Source: Tubiluchus corallicola (lineage: Eukaryota > Animalia > Priapulida). Taken from it: a stretch of 64,000 nucleotides of DNA. The position numbers were made by a program, and so were the translations under genes. Positions within the stretch are counted from its first letter, which is position 1; the number at the start of each line of letters is the position of its first letter. The stretch lies in NCBI GenBank assembly GCA_030141605.1, contig JAQGDQ010000991.1:8366-72365 (forward strand), read 5' to 3'. The notes below the pieces were generated by a model. It was not told the origin of the DNA. It was given only the letters and a program-made list of their open reading frames with translations, and searched no databases. Of the stretch, positions 12,301 to 26,800 are shown piece after piece.

Positions 12301-15300
12301 AAAGTTTTAATTATGTTCACCAGCCTTTAATGTAAATATAATTTGTTTTTATATATTTTTAGACACAATTAACAACAAAACGTATGAACCGTTAACTGAA
12401 CGCCTTCAGGATATCATTGATAAAGGTTGGCCATTATTGTATGAAGCAACTGAATGGAATGAGACAGACTTTGATCTTACCCAATTCTTAATTGATCTTG
12501 GACCAGATTCCGGGAAGTACTTGTACGACTTTGGTTTGATGACTGATACAAAAAACTCTACGAAAAATGTTCTCTATGTGAGTATTAATGCAAGTCTTGT
12601 TTCATGGTGTTGTTGTAGTAGGTAGATTTCTTTCTCTTTGTTTTTAAGTTGAATCATGATAACTGATTAATCATGACCTAGTTCTTGCTAACGATCAACA
12701 ATTGTTACATAATATGCTGTCCATGCTTGTAGTTAGTAAGCCTAATATACTGCATCTCAATGATTGGCTCATTTTAAGCAAGAAATTTTAGTTTTTTTAT
12801 TAAGATTTGGATTTTGCTCTGTGATTTTTAGTGTTTTTTACTTTAATCGCTTTAGACAGAATTTTTATTATAAATCTTCAGTAACTGGATATTCATAATG
12901 TGACACAATGTAATGTTTGTAAATAAGGACAGTGGTGACTTCTGTTAGCTGACTAACATTGCAAGATCGAGTTACAAGTTTGAAGTGCTGAGCTTACTAA
13001 GATTCAAATCTGACTAGACTGCCTCAAGCTCTAGCAATAGCAAGTTTGCTTTTGTATTTGTTTCCTGGCTTGTCCAGTTTTGTGTGCTGGATCTTGGCAG
13101 GCGAGATACTAATACTCATCTAAACTGTTAATATGACATGATTTACTGACACTTGCATGTGAAGATGAACATATACATAAAATTCTACAGCATTTTTACG
13201 TACAAGGTTAATAACTGCACTCGCCTGTTTTTATTAACATCTAATTCATCTTAAGTCTCTTTCGACATGTATACATGACTGGGATGAAATAGAAAAATAA
13301 TAACAAGATTGAATATTATTTTTCCAATTTTTCCATGAGCATATTATGCACTATATGTCATTTTTATAGTCGGTGTACTAGTACACTTACTAGTATTTAT
13401 GTTTAAGAATCATTTATAAATATCGGCTCTTAACTCAAAATATTAATTTACATAAGGCAAGCCCACCACTGATTTTATCGTACCACCCCTATTAAATCTT
13501 AGTTGTATAGATACATCAGTGTATTATATGTTGTTACAGAATATACTGTATTAATGTATTGCACACATTGTACTGAAAACTTCAATTACTTCTGGATGAT
13601 TAACGCAGTTTTTGCATATTTGAACTTTTTCTATTTTTTTCCAAACCTTGACGCTTTGGTGCAGAAAATCCTTTTCTGTTTTAATATTACACAACAAAAT
13701 TTTGTCATACGTACGAAAACAAAAATAAAAACTTACGTCTTTAAATAAATTTATGTATTAATATATATGAAAACAGACGAAATTGGTTTTCTGTTCCGCA
13801 TTTTCCCAGCCATAGGGAACCTGTTAAAATTCACCATTTCTCTGCCCAAAGGAGCAATATAGTGTTTTTTTTGGCAAAACTTGCTTTGTGACCTTGCTGA
13901 TTGGACATTACAGTCATTTTAGTGTGCAAACTGTAATGTGATGCTTTTTGTTTAGCTGGATCAAGCCTCTCTTGGATTAGGATATGAATCTCGAGAGTAT
14001 TATCTTGATCCTGTAAAGTATGCAAAGTATATAGATGCATATAGGAAACTAATGGTAGATTTAGCTGAGATTATGGGTGCAGCTACAAACAACACAAACT
14101 ATAAACAGGACCTTGTGAGGTTGCTGGAGTTTGAGACAGACATTGCTCGGGTGAGTTAACTTGTTAGTGCTTAATTTACCATTTACCGTGAAGAGACCGT
14201 GTTCTTTTCTGTAGATAGCTTGAGGCATCTACTGTAACAGGTTAAAGTGTAAATGAATGTTCAATTTCTTAAAGGTTAACTTTAACATAGTTTCCAAAAT
14301 CATAGGCGAACTTATATCAGATTAATGGGAAATGATTCTTCTCAGTTCAGACCTGATTTTAAATCAGAATGATTTTGACATTAAATGCCTCTGGAAAGAC
14401 TGTCTATGTCACTGATTTGCTTAACATGTTGCCTGTCTGAATTATAGTAGACCTGCAGTGTTATGCTTTACTCTGTTGAGTATTGTCTGAAATAGGTCTT
14501 TGTGAGTATTAATGAGCAGCTACAGAACATGTGCATATATGAATCCGAGCTTGTTTAGGCTTTATCTTGTATGATATTAATAATATAATTTATATTGTGA
14601 CTATAACTTTGTGACTCGTAGTTAATAGAAAATCTTTGCATTGTAGTTTGCTCTTTTTAAATAATCACCAGTAAAAAATTCACCAATTAGTCAGTGTTAT
14701 TGTCACCCTCTGATAATTAGCATTTTAGTTATGGTATTATACTAGTTTACTAACACTTTCTTATATGTCTGGCTAATAATTTTGCTGCTTGTCTGGTTTG
14801 TTTTTTCTTCATTTCTGTGAATACAACAATTGAAAATGTATCACACTTGTTAACATATTTGTTCTCCAGGCAACTGTACATGGTAATTTACGCAGGAATG
14901 TCACAAATCATTACAATCCAAGAACATTGTTGAATATCACTCAAACATATACGCAGGTATGCAGAATTTCACCTTAAATGATTTAAATAAGTCAAATTTT
15001 ATGCAAACATGGAAAACTCTATCTGATAAGTGCTTTAAATGACTTTTCCCATCTTGATAAACATTCGTCGTTAAAAGTTCTTTTTTAGTAGAGTCCATCA
15101 CTTGAAAAAATGTGACAAATCAGTAAATATGGGAAATCATAGAAAAAGTAACTTGTGATCAGAAGTCTATGAAAATCTTTGTTTCCAAAAAGAAGGCTGT
15201 CTATTTGAGTTGATGTGTTATACTGCAAGTAATATGTCTCCAAGTGGCAAGTGTAAAACATCTCTTCAAGAACAAGAGTATATTCTATTGTCTAATGTGA

Positions 15301-18300
15301 TTTAAAAACATCTTTAACATGTGAATGTCAGTATTGTTGAGTTTCTTCAGTGCTGCATTTACCTAAATTATATTGTGACATCACACTTACTTGATTTAAA
15401 TGGCCAAGTGTTTGTCAATTAACCTTGTTTTGAAGCTTGTTCACAAAATTCCAAATAAGTCAAAAGTTAATTTACAATATCTCATCACTAAAATCTGAGA
15501 AGGTAGTTTTTCTTGAGACACCTTCTCATGAACTCATTAATTTAATATTTAATATTGAATCATTGTAGATAGTCACATAAGTGGTCATAATTTTTTCTAA
15601 ACTACACATGTTTAAATGTAAAACTGACAAAGAAGGTTTAGGTTTTACTGCTATAATGCTTTGCTATATTTGCTTGTTATAATGTTATTTAGTCCACTAA
15701 AATAATGTTGATCTGGATCCTGATCAGTAATGGGTAGAGAATCGAATGTGTCATTGCTTTCAAATAAATTTGAATTAAGTAATTTATTGTCTATTATTAG
15801 AATACAATGTTAGAATACCTAGTGATTAATTTCAACTCATTGTCATCAGTGATATTATTAAAGGGCAGAATAGTTTGCAAACAAAAATGACAGCACCAAG
15901 TATTATCATTCTTGTCATTTAAATTGTTACAGTCAGTCATGGTTAAATTTGTACATTTCATATGTATGCAATATTCACAGCAATTGTCAAACAGTCCAAG
16001 TTGGTTATTTTTAACTGGTTTTGTGCTTAATTGTCTTCACAAGTAAACATTTATGTTTTGTAAAACAAATGGAGCATATAAAATGCTTCCTCAAGAAAAA
16101 CCATCACCTTGGATTTTAGTGATGAGATTTTGTACAGTTGCGTGCTGGATATTGGCTTGCACTTATGTGCTGGATGTTGGCTTGCAGTTGTGTGCTGTAT
16201 GTTGGCTTACAGTTGTGTGCTGTATGTTGGCTTATATTTGTGTGCTCTATATTGGCTTACAGTTGTTTGCTGTATGTTGGCTTACAGTTGTTTGCTGTAT
16301 GCGAGTTTACCGTTGTGTGCTGTATGTTGGCTTGTATTTGTGTGCTCTATGTTGGCTTACAGTTGTTTGCTGTATGCAAGTTTACCGTTGTGTGCTGTAT
16401 GTTGGCTTGTATTTGTGTGCTCTATATTGGCTTACAGTTGTGTACTGTATATTGTCTTACAGTTGTGTACTGTATGTTGGCTTGCAGTTGTGTACTGTAT
16501 GTTGGCTTGCAATTATGTGCTGAGTGTGAACTTGCTGTGTGCTAAATTGGATTGAGAGAGTTAATGTATTGAATACGTGCAACAGAAATAGCAAGCAAAT
16601 TGTCTTTAAGAAGTTCCATTATCATTTGTAGTGGATTTGCAAAAACATCCAACATATTTCAATATGCATACTGCATTGATAATAACGAAATTCATAATAC
16701 AGTATTTTGTTTTTCTAAGTTTTCATTCGTTTAAATTATTTCAGTTCAAATTGTACAAAGGAACAGAAACATCTGGTGAATACAATGAATATATTTACAG
16801 GTGGATTGGAAGCGGTATGTCTTTCATTTTGTGCCGAAGCATGCAAATGTCACTGAAAATGAAACCATAATTTTATATCAACCTGAATATTTTAATGACA
16901 TGGAAAACTTCCTTTCTTCTGGAAAATATGATTCCAGGTTTGATTAAATTACTAATCTTGTTTGTTGTAACTTTTTGCAGGCAAAACTATTCCTGTTTTA
17001 ATAGGCCTATCATCAGGTGTATTGTGAAAGTTAAAAACACAACGTCCTGGTCACCAGATGGGTTAGTGACTAGTTTTTCATGACTCTTTCATGTGTCTTT
17101 GATAATAGTAATGTCGTATCAAAAGACTTGACATGGTTGTAAATACATTGTTACAAGTGTTAATGTTATTTAATTGTAATGAACTTCAAACCTATACACA
17201 GCTTGTACATATACGACTGCATCAGAATAAAATGTCTGGTAGCCATTGTGCTCTTTGTGTGTTTCAATTTGTTGTGGTCTTTATGTTCTAGGACAGTTGT
17301 TAACTACATTCTCTGGAGAGTCACCTTGTCCTACTCTTGGCATGTTCACGAACCTTTTAGAACTGCTCTGTTTGAGTTTGATAAAGCAACAACTGGGATA
17401 AAAAAACAGAATCCTAGATGGCGTGACTGTTTAAAAGGAGTGCGTAGCCGACTGAAATGGGCTTTAGGCTATCTCTATGTTACCAATGAATTTGTGGGAA
17501 ATAGCAGGCAATTGGTGAGGTTTTTGTTTGTTTGAACTGTAACATAAGTGTGTGTTGAGAGCTTATAGTTTACACATTTCAGTATTTCAAACTATACAGT
17601 TTGCACTTTTCTTATTATAGTAAATTGCTTGCTTGTCCGTTTGTCTGTCTGTCTTGTTTTTGTAGCACTTTTATTGATTTTCAGGCAAACGAGCTTATTG
17701 CATCTACAAAGCTCGTGTTCAAAGACCGGGTGAGAAACTCAAAGTGGATGTCTGCCAAGACCAAACAAAAAGCTATCGAAAAAGTGAGTAGTAATATGAG
17801 TCTTGGTGACAGCACACACAACTGGGTTGCTAGGCACCTGCACAGTTAAGCTGCTGTTCCGAAAACTCAAACCTGCAGTTCAATTTTGTATGAGAATTAA
17901 GTATTTCCATGGTGTTTTTTCTCGTACAACAAAATTTCATTTTAAGCATTTATGGGTTGCTGGTCAAGCACATGCTAAGGCGCAAGTTTGTTATGCATTC
18001 CAGTCTGGAAGCATTCACTGTTAGTACCTACTATTGGAGATGTTGCTGGTGTAACCAGAGCCTGACTCATTGTCAAACATATTTTTTTAAGATGAGCCAC
18101 TAAACCAGTAGAGGTGTGTCAACTCCACTTGGCTGTATAAACGTCCTTCCTCTACAAAAGCAGGATACTAAGGTGGACTGATCACTGTCTGCAGTTACTA
18201 TTTCGGACATTTACTAATCATAAATACTTATAAGTTCCTATTTTGTGTTGCTTCTGTAACAGAAATGAAATTTAAAAGCTGCTTCTGTTCTACTAGAAAG

Positions 18301-20828
18301 ATGATAGACATCTAGGAAAGATATAAAATTGAGACATGTGTATATAGAATCAAGACAAGAATCGAGGTACTGGTGCTCTATAACATTTTTGTTACAGTAA
18401 ACACCCCAAGAATCGGGGCACTGGTACTCTGAAACATTTTTGTTACAGTAAACACCCCAAGAATCGGGGCACTGGTGCTCTGTAACATTTTTGTTACAGT
18501 AAACGCCCCAAGAATCGAGGTACTGGTGCTCTGTAACATTTTTTTTACAGTAAACACCCCAAGAATCGGGGCACTGGTACTCCGAAACATTTTTGTTACA
18601 GTAAACACCCCAAGAATCGAGGTAATGGTGCTCTGTAACATTTTTTTACAGTAAACACTCCAAGAATCAGGGCACTGGTACTCTGTAACATTTTTGTTAC
18701 AGTAAACACTGCAAGAATTGAGGTACTGATGCTCTGCAACATTTTTTTACAGTAAATGCCCCAAGAATCGAGGTATTGGTGCTCTGTAACATTTTTGTTA
18801 CAGTAAACGCTCCAAGAATCGAGGTATTGGTGCTCACTATCAATCTGTTTTACACAAAATCTTCCCGGCATTAATAATTTTCTTTGCACTCCGTCATTTA
18901 CATGTTTTTTTGCAAGTTATTAATTATGATTGCTTATTTTCAGGTAGATACTATTTATGACATGGTTGGTTACCCAGATTACTATGAAAACGTTACTATA
19001 CTGGATGAGAAACATAAAAATGTAAGATTGTAATACAATAAAACTAGCAAATATAACACGTCACAGCATGTAATAAATGTTGTCAGCTCATCATTAGTTA
19101 GTTATACTGGTCAGGTAGAATAGTTGTGGTCAGTTTATTAATTAGTTATACTGGTCAGACAGATTAGATGTGGCCAGCTTATTAATTAGTTATACTGGTC
19201 AGACAGATTAGATGTGGTCAGTTTTTTGATTAGTTAGTTATACTGGTCAATGTCTATTAGATGTGGTCAGCTTATTAATTAATTAGTTATACTGGTCAGG
19301 TGAATAGATGTGGTGAGTTTATTAATTAGTTAGTTATACTGGTCAGGTAGAATAGTTGTGGTCAGCTCATTAATTAGTTAGTTATACTGGTCAGGTGGAA
19401 TAGATGTGGTCAGCTTATTAATTAGTCAGTTATACTGGTCAGGCAGATTAGATGTGGTCAGTTTTTTGCTTAGTTAGTTATACTGGTCAGGCAGATTAGA
19501 TGTGGTCAGTTTTTTGATTAGTTAGTTATACTGGTCAGGCAGATTAGATGTGGTCAGTTTTTTGATTAGTTAGTTATACTGGTCAATGTCTATTAGATGT
19601 GGTCAGCTTATTAATTAATTAGTTATAATGGTCAGGCGGAATAGATGTGGTGAGTTTATTAATTAGTTAGTTGTACTGGTCAATGTTGATTAGATGCGGT
19701 CAGTTTGTTAATTAGTTAGCTATACTGGTCAGGTATATTAGGTGTGATCAATTGACTAATTAGTTATTTGCTACTTTAGTTTGCTTACTTAAGCCAAGAA
19801 ATTTAAACTTCCTCCTCTAAGAGTTGCATATTATATTTTTTTAGAAAACATTTTGTTTTTAAAGATAAAATTGAAAGTGTGGTCTTGAAACTACTCTAAA
19901 TCTGAGCTTTTTTCTAAACTACTTTAGTTTTTTTGTAAAAAATTGTAGCATTAAAATGTTATTATGCTAAACTCCACATAACAGAGCAAATCATTATTAA
20001 AATCTATTAGTATTATGAACTATAAACTGCCCAAAGGTAATGTAAGTAAGTCAGCAGGTCATAATCAATGCTTTGTACTTTTCAGTTTATTTTCTGCGTT
20101 AAATGCATATTAACACAGTAATTAGGTACAGTGCTGATTTAACGACAGTGTCATTTATACATTTGACCTAGATATAATATACAAAATACAAGTACTTATT
20201 AGCCGCAATTTAATTTAATTCATGATATGATTTAATTTCTAAGTTTATTCCATGTTTAGTTCACCAGTACTGGATCATATTTCTCAGACATCGTAGAAAT
20301 GCGGAGGTTAAAGGTTAACGAGTCTTTTGCAGAACTCAGAAAACCTGTGAATAAAACAGAGTAAGTTAACTAAAGCTGTCTGATTTATGATACATTTCTA
20401 TTTATTACAAGGGAAAAAATTGTGGTGATTAAAATAAAAGTATAAAGACTTACTAAAATGTTTGTGTAAGTGAAAAAATGTTATTTGTTAAATATTCGAT
20501 AACATTTAGAATTTTTCATGTTATAACATAGTTATTTGCTATAATATGTTTCTTTGATGACTTTTGGCAAAGTTTATAAGAATTATTAATCCTATAATCA
20601 TGTACTGTGATGGATGGTTATACTGATAGGCAATGGTAATAGCTGAATGGACATGGTGTATGTTTGTAGCTAATGTTAAGCAATGCTAAGTTTGGTCAGT
20701 AAGTGGATGGTTAATTGCCAGGAAAAATACTTCTGGGTAGTTGTGCTGTTGGATGAGGATGTATGTGTATTTGAAGTACAATATTATACTTTATAATTTG
20801 ATAGGCTGCCGTACTGCTACGCACACGC

Positions 20829-20895
<67 letters not shown>

Positions 20896-23800
20896 CATTC
20901 GCCATTGAATGAACATTTTCACATGCGTATTTCGTATTTCCACTTGCACAGAATCTGATAAGGGTAGGTTATGGAGCATTTGGAAGATAGGTTTACCTGT
21001 AATGCCAAATGCTTTTCCTTTCACTGAAGTTAGCACTGTAATTGGACTGATACTTATATATCAGGTTATTAGCAGGAAACACTTTCAGCAACTGTGACTC
21101 TACTATCCCTGCGCATTTGCACTAGGAAGAGATGAATAGAAGTTCACGTCATTAGTCATGCTGTAACTTAGCATGTGTAACTAAGTAAATATTAGTAATG
21201 CTATACTATTCAAGCACACTGTACTGTACGTGATGTGTCAGAATTTACATTGTTTCCACTGGGATGGGACTTATAAAGTCAAATTGTTAGGCTTTGCTTC
21301 AAGATTTAAGTAAAATTCAGTTCAAATGGCTGCTATTTTCATTTTTCAAAGTTATGTATGTTTTTGTTTTGTAGGTGGTTTATTACTCCAGCTATTTTCA
21401 ATGCATTTTATCGTGGAAGCAACAATGCCATAGGTTAGTGTAAAACTTTTTTATTGTTTGTGGAAATGCGTAAATAATGTCTTAGCGGTATTTAAGGAGG
21501 ATACTAAAATAATAAACAATTTGTAACATGAATAAAATTTATGATATAAGTGCCATAAAAATAATTACCTTTTTCATTTTTTTATCTTGAAATAGTAAAG
21601 AATGTCTTAGCACAAAGCATGACAGGTTCTCGAACTTAAATCATTGAAAAAATAGTGGTTTTGCTTGAATAAATAAAATACTTGCACTTGTGTGGATAAA
21701 CGTATATGATCCTTTTTGTCTTTGCTAGAGAACTGAGCAGTCAGTAGAGCAATTTACATATGTTTGACTATACATTGTACTAAATCAATGTTCTTTATAC
21801 TTGTCATAAATTTGTACTGTTATCCATGTGTTCCTTAGTTCTTTGAAACTGCATGAATAATAAACTAGTACTACTAACTGAAGTAACTGGAGTTAAACGA
21901 GTTTCTCATGCTTGATGTGGAAAAGCAGAATTTGCCAAACTATAATAATTTTTTTCCCAATTTGAAAGTTAAATCAGTTACAATAAATTTCCTGTCAACG
22001 CATTTGCAGCAGTTTTAAATGTTTCAGTATTTCCCGCGGGTATTCTACGTTCCCCGTTCTTTCACAAAGATTTACCGATGTTCATGAACATAGCTGGAAT
22101 AACTCATGTTGTAGCTCATGAAGTTACTCACGGATTTGACGACAGAGGTACTGTATAAGTTATTTTTAATACTGATTTGCTCCGAGCCTAGAGCTTCGGC
22201 TTTCACTGACTCCTGAATTATATAGTAGAACTAAATTTCTGTTCATTCTTATGAAGTAACAAGATGCATACATCTGCTCTATTTTTTGCTCGAGCCCCTT
22301 TTGATTATAACTATTAAGTCTTGAGGACTTGCTGATTCATTTCGTGGCTTACTGCTAGACCGTAGCATCTCCACAGCTGCTATACAATTTTGTAAATTAC
22401 TTTGGTCATTTACTGGCATTAATGTAAACTAGTGCTCCTTTATGGAATTTTGTAATTGCATATGGTGTTTATTTGTTAGATTTGTGGTAGATTTTTATAC
22501 GTTATTGTGTATTGCAGTTTCATGCAGATTATTTGCTGGAGCTTGTAGATTAAAATCCGAAATGTTAAATTGTAAATAATTATAAGTTAGAGTTCAGCAC
22601 AACATTTAGTTGTGAGTCCAATGTTTTTCAGCATATTAATGAAGGCTTCTAAATTTTATTCACATTTGATGCTGACTTTTTTCAAAATATTGTTTGCCAT
22701 TTATTAAATCATATTAATGTGAAAATTTATACTGTCATAGTTACTTGATATATGTGTGTTTGCAAACCAAAACCGTACGTAAGTCGGCATAGTTAAAACT
22801 ATGTTAAAACTTCAAAGCAGAATGACCCAAAAATTTAGTCGAATGTCAAATTTTTGTTTTTCATAAAAACAGATGCTAAATACATTGGACTTTTTAAATT
22901 CCAGTATCAAATTATCCAGAAATATTGAAAAGATACTAAAAATCATATATTACAACCCCGTACTCAATTTTCTGGCTAGAAACTAGTACTGCAATTGTGA
23001 AAAACTTGTATTTTCAAACTCCGATAGTAGCTCACGGAAGGAGTGATTTTGCTTCGGGTTGTTTATGTTTCCAAGCCCAGATCTTTATCAGGAATCTTTA
23101 TCAGCCATCTGCTGGATTTAAATGTAGCTTCAATGTGTTCTTGCAAAGTAACTTTAACTACGATTTTCTCAAGATTATGTTTTTCAATGTTCAGCCTGCA
23201 CCTCATCTTTAACGTAGATTATCTCAGCTTAGAAATAACATAGATTGATGAACTTGGTATCAAAATGATCCTCATGAAATGAAGACTCAGGATATGTGAA
23301 AAACTAGAAAAGCTTAATTGCCGACTTGTAGATGATTTTGCTATGCAAGCAGACATATGTAATCAAAACTTTCAAATGCTTTGAGATGTTTTTAGAAAAT
23401 AAAATCTTTGGTGTTCTTCTTTTAATAATCTTATGTTACATTAAACATGATATTAATAATTTGGCAAATGTAAATAGCACAGATTTACATTTTTTGTTTC
23501 AAACAAATGATCACCAAAAGTTAATTCATCATAAACCATTTCATGAGTGACCTAGGCGAGCATGCTACTAAATCATTTGAACACGAGTCTTGACTATCTT
23601 CACATTTCTTCTCTTCCTATAAATAATTTCTTTATGTTATTTAGGTAGACAGTTTGACAAAGATGGAAATCATGTAGACTGGTGGACACCAGAAGATGAG
23701 AAACGATTTTTAGAGGGAGCCAAATGCTTCATTTCACAGTTTAATAATTACACAGAAGAAGCTTTGGGGAAAGTTTGGCATGTAAGTAAATAAGATCACA

Positions 23801-26800
23801 ACATTGTATTTTCTGTAATGCAGTTTTTAATTTAATTTTAATTTATTTATTTGCCTATCTGACAACATTACTATAGTGAGTTTAGAAAAACTGCATCTAG
23901 TTACAAATATTGCAATTTGTAATTAAGCACGATGCGACTTATGATGTCACCAAATTAGTACTCACAGCGCAACATTAAATTTAAAATATTAGTTAATTAA
24001 AACAAATAAAAACAAAAACTCTTTAGATATAATTATTATTGTATTTACTAATACAGTACGTAGTATTATTATTCTATAATTATATATTGCAATATAATAA
24101 TACAATATTTTGTATAAATATTATTTTTATGTAATTTTCAAATGCAGTGTACACTGAAGGTAGCTGACATTAATGACCTTCTGAATTTGCATTGGTACTA
24201 AGACCGCCAATTGCATCATTATCTGTTTTCAAAATTAGGAAAATTCATGTAAAATATGACTAGTCATGATGTTTGAGTGAAATAACCCAAAATTTGCAAT
24301 CTGTTTTCTCTAGTTTTGCAATGTGTCTTATAAAAATGACATACCTGTGCTATCGCTGATTTTAAATGAAATACATAATATGTGTGCTGGCATAGCAAAA
24401 TCATCCATAAGTTGGCTAGTAAGCTACCTAGTTAATCTCACATCCTGAAACTCCATTTCATGAGGATTATTTTGATACCAAGTTCATCACTCTATGTTAT
24501 TTCTAAGCTGAGATAATCCACGTTGAAGTTGAGGTGCAGGCTATGCACTGAAAAACATAACCTTGAGAAAATCGCTGTAAAAGTCACGCTTCTACAAAAA
24601 CACCTAGCAACAGTACAAAAGTGTGGTTGCTGTGGACTTTGCAAAAGCACTTTGAAGTTTCATTGAAATCCAGTAGGTGGCTCTTTCAGACATAGTCTTG
24701 GCTTGGCAACAGGAAAAACCCGAAGCAAACTGACTTACCGCGAGCTACTTTCGGAGTTTGAAAATACTGAATTTTTCACAATTGCAGTAGTAGCTTTTAA
24801 TCAAAGAAGTGGGTAATGAGTTATAAAATTAAATTTTTAGTATTTTTAACATTTTTCCGACGATCTGCTGCTAGAATATAGAATTAATGTTCAGTATATT
24901 TAACATTTGCTTTTATAAAAAACAAAAAATCGACATTTATCCAAATTTTTTGGTGTATCGTACTATGAAGCATGATAATGTAGTTTTAAGTATGCCAACT
25001 TTTGGACAGTTTTTGTTTGCCAGCACAACACATATATGTATCATGATTATCACTTATATTCTGCGCGAAAAGTGCTGCCATCTGTTGTGCATTACTGAAC
25101 TTAAAACTCTTCAAAGTCATACTCATCACAGTTGCAGGATGTGTAGTTTTTGATGTGTGGCTGGGAATGAAGCCTATGATATTCATGGAAGTAGTTATCA
25201 GACTTTTTGGATTTTGCCATAATCACAGTTTTCTCCTTCACATAAAACCTGTTATTTAACTTCAAAAAGAGGTAGTGGCTATTTTTGTAATTACAATGTG
25301 ACAAGGGCCTTTAAATTTCTGTGTTTAATTTGTTTAGTTTTTATGATTAATCATAAAGTCTTGCTAATACCCATCTCTTTACTGTTATTCACTAAGACAC
25401 AGTTTCAATCAGCTAATGATTAAAACTTTTTTATTTAGTTAAATGGTACACTGTTACAAGGTGAAACAATAGCTGATAGTGGTGGTGTCCTGCAAGCTTA
25501 TGAGGTGAGATATTAGCTTTGTATAGTGTTTGCTATATATTCAATGCATTTTGGTTTTATGTTTTTGTTTTTTTCTAAGTTTTTTGTATCTTATTGGTGA
25601 GATGCCAACAGCAAAACAAAAAAACTTGTGTAAATTGAGTGAAAAATCCTGGACTGTGTGGTTTACTGTTGTTGCATCTTGTGTAGTATTTGTATGTGGT
25701 TTATGTGTTGCTGTTGTTGCATCTAGTGTAGTATTTGTACATGGTTTGTCTGTTGCTGTTGTTGCATCTTGTGTAGTATTTGTATGTGGTTTATGTGTTG
25801 CTGTTGTTGCATCTAGTGTAGTATTTGTACATGGTTTGTCTGTTGCTGTTGTTGCATCTTGTGTAGTATTTGTATGTGGTTTATGTGTTGCTGTTGTTGC
25901 ATCTTGTGTAGTATTTGTATGTGGTTTATGTGTTGCTGTTGTTGCATCTTGTGTAGTATTTGTATGTGGTTTATGTGTTGCTGTTGTTGCATCTAGTGTA
26001 GTATTTGTACATGGTTTGTCTGTTGCTGTTGTTGCATCTTGTGTAGTATTTGTATGTGGTTTATGTGTTGCTGTTGTTGCATCTTGTGTAGTATTTGTGC
26101 ATGGTTTGTCTGTTGCTGTTGTTGCATCTTGTGTAGTATTTGTATGTGGTTTGTCTGTTGCTGTTGTTGCATCTTGTGTAGTGTTTGTATGTGGTTTGTC
26201 TGTTGCTGTTGTTGCATCTTGTGTAGTATTTGTATGTGGTTTGTCTGTTGCTGTTGTTGCATCTTGTATAGTATTTATATGTGGTTTGTCTGTTGCTGTT
26301 GTTGCATCTTGTGTAGTATTTGTATGTGGTTTGTCTGTTTGGTTCACATTATTAGAGTAAATATTCTATTGTTAAATTTGACATATTTTGCAGGTTTATC
26401 GCAGATGGCTCAAAGATAATGCTGAAACAGAGCAGCGTCTTCCTGGCATAAATCTTGATAATAAGAAGGTTTATTTTGTCAATCAAGCTCAGGTAAATGT
26501 ATTTATAATCGGCTGGTTAGAATAAGGATAAATTAGAATACGAAAAACTTGCTGGTTAGAATAAGGATAAATTAGAATAGGAAGAACTTGGCTAAATTAG
26601 AATAGGAAGAACTCGGCTGGTTAGAATAAGGATAAATCAGAATAGGAAGAACTTGCTGGTTAGAATAAGGATAAATTAGAATAGGAGGAACTTGCTGGTT
26701 AGAATAAGGATAAATTAGAATAGGAAGTACTTGCTGGTTATAATAAGAATAAATTAGAATATGAAGAACTTGCTGGTTAGAATAAGGATAAATTAAAATA

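Noticed and set aside
25530-26419. Long ORFs on both strands (276 aa, 268 aa; mucin-like or hydrophobic)
   Set aside because: Translations of a 45-bp intronic minisatellite between phase-0 M13 exons
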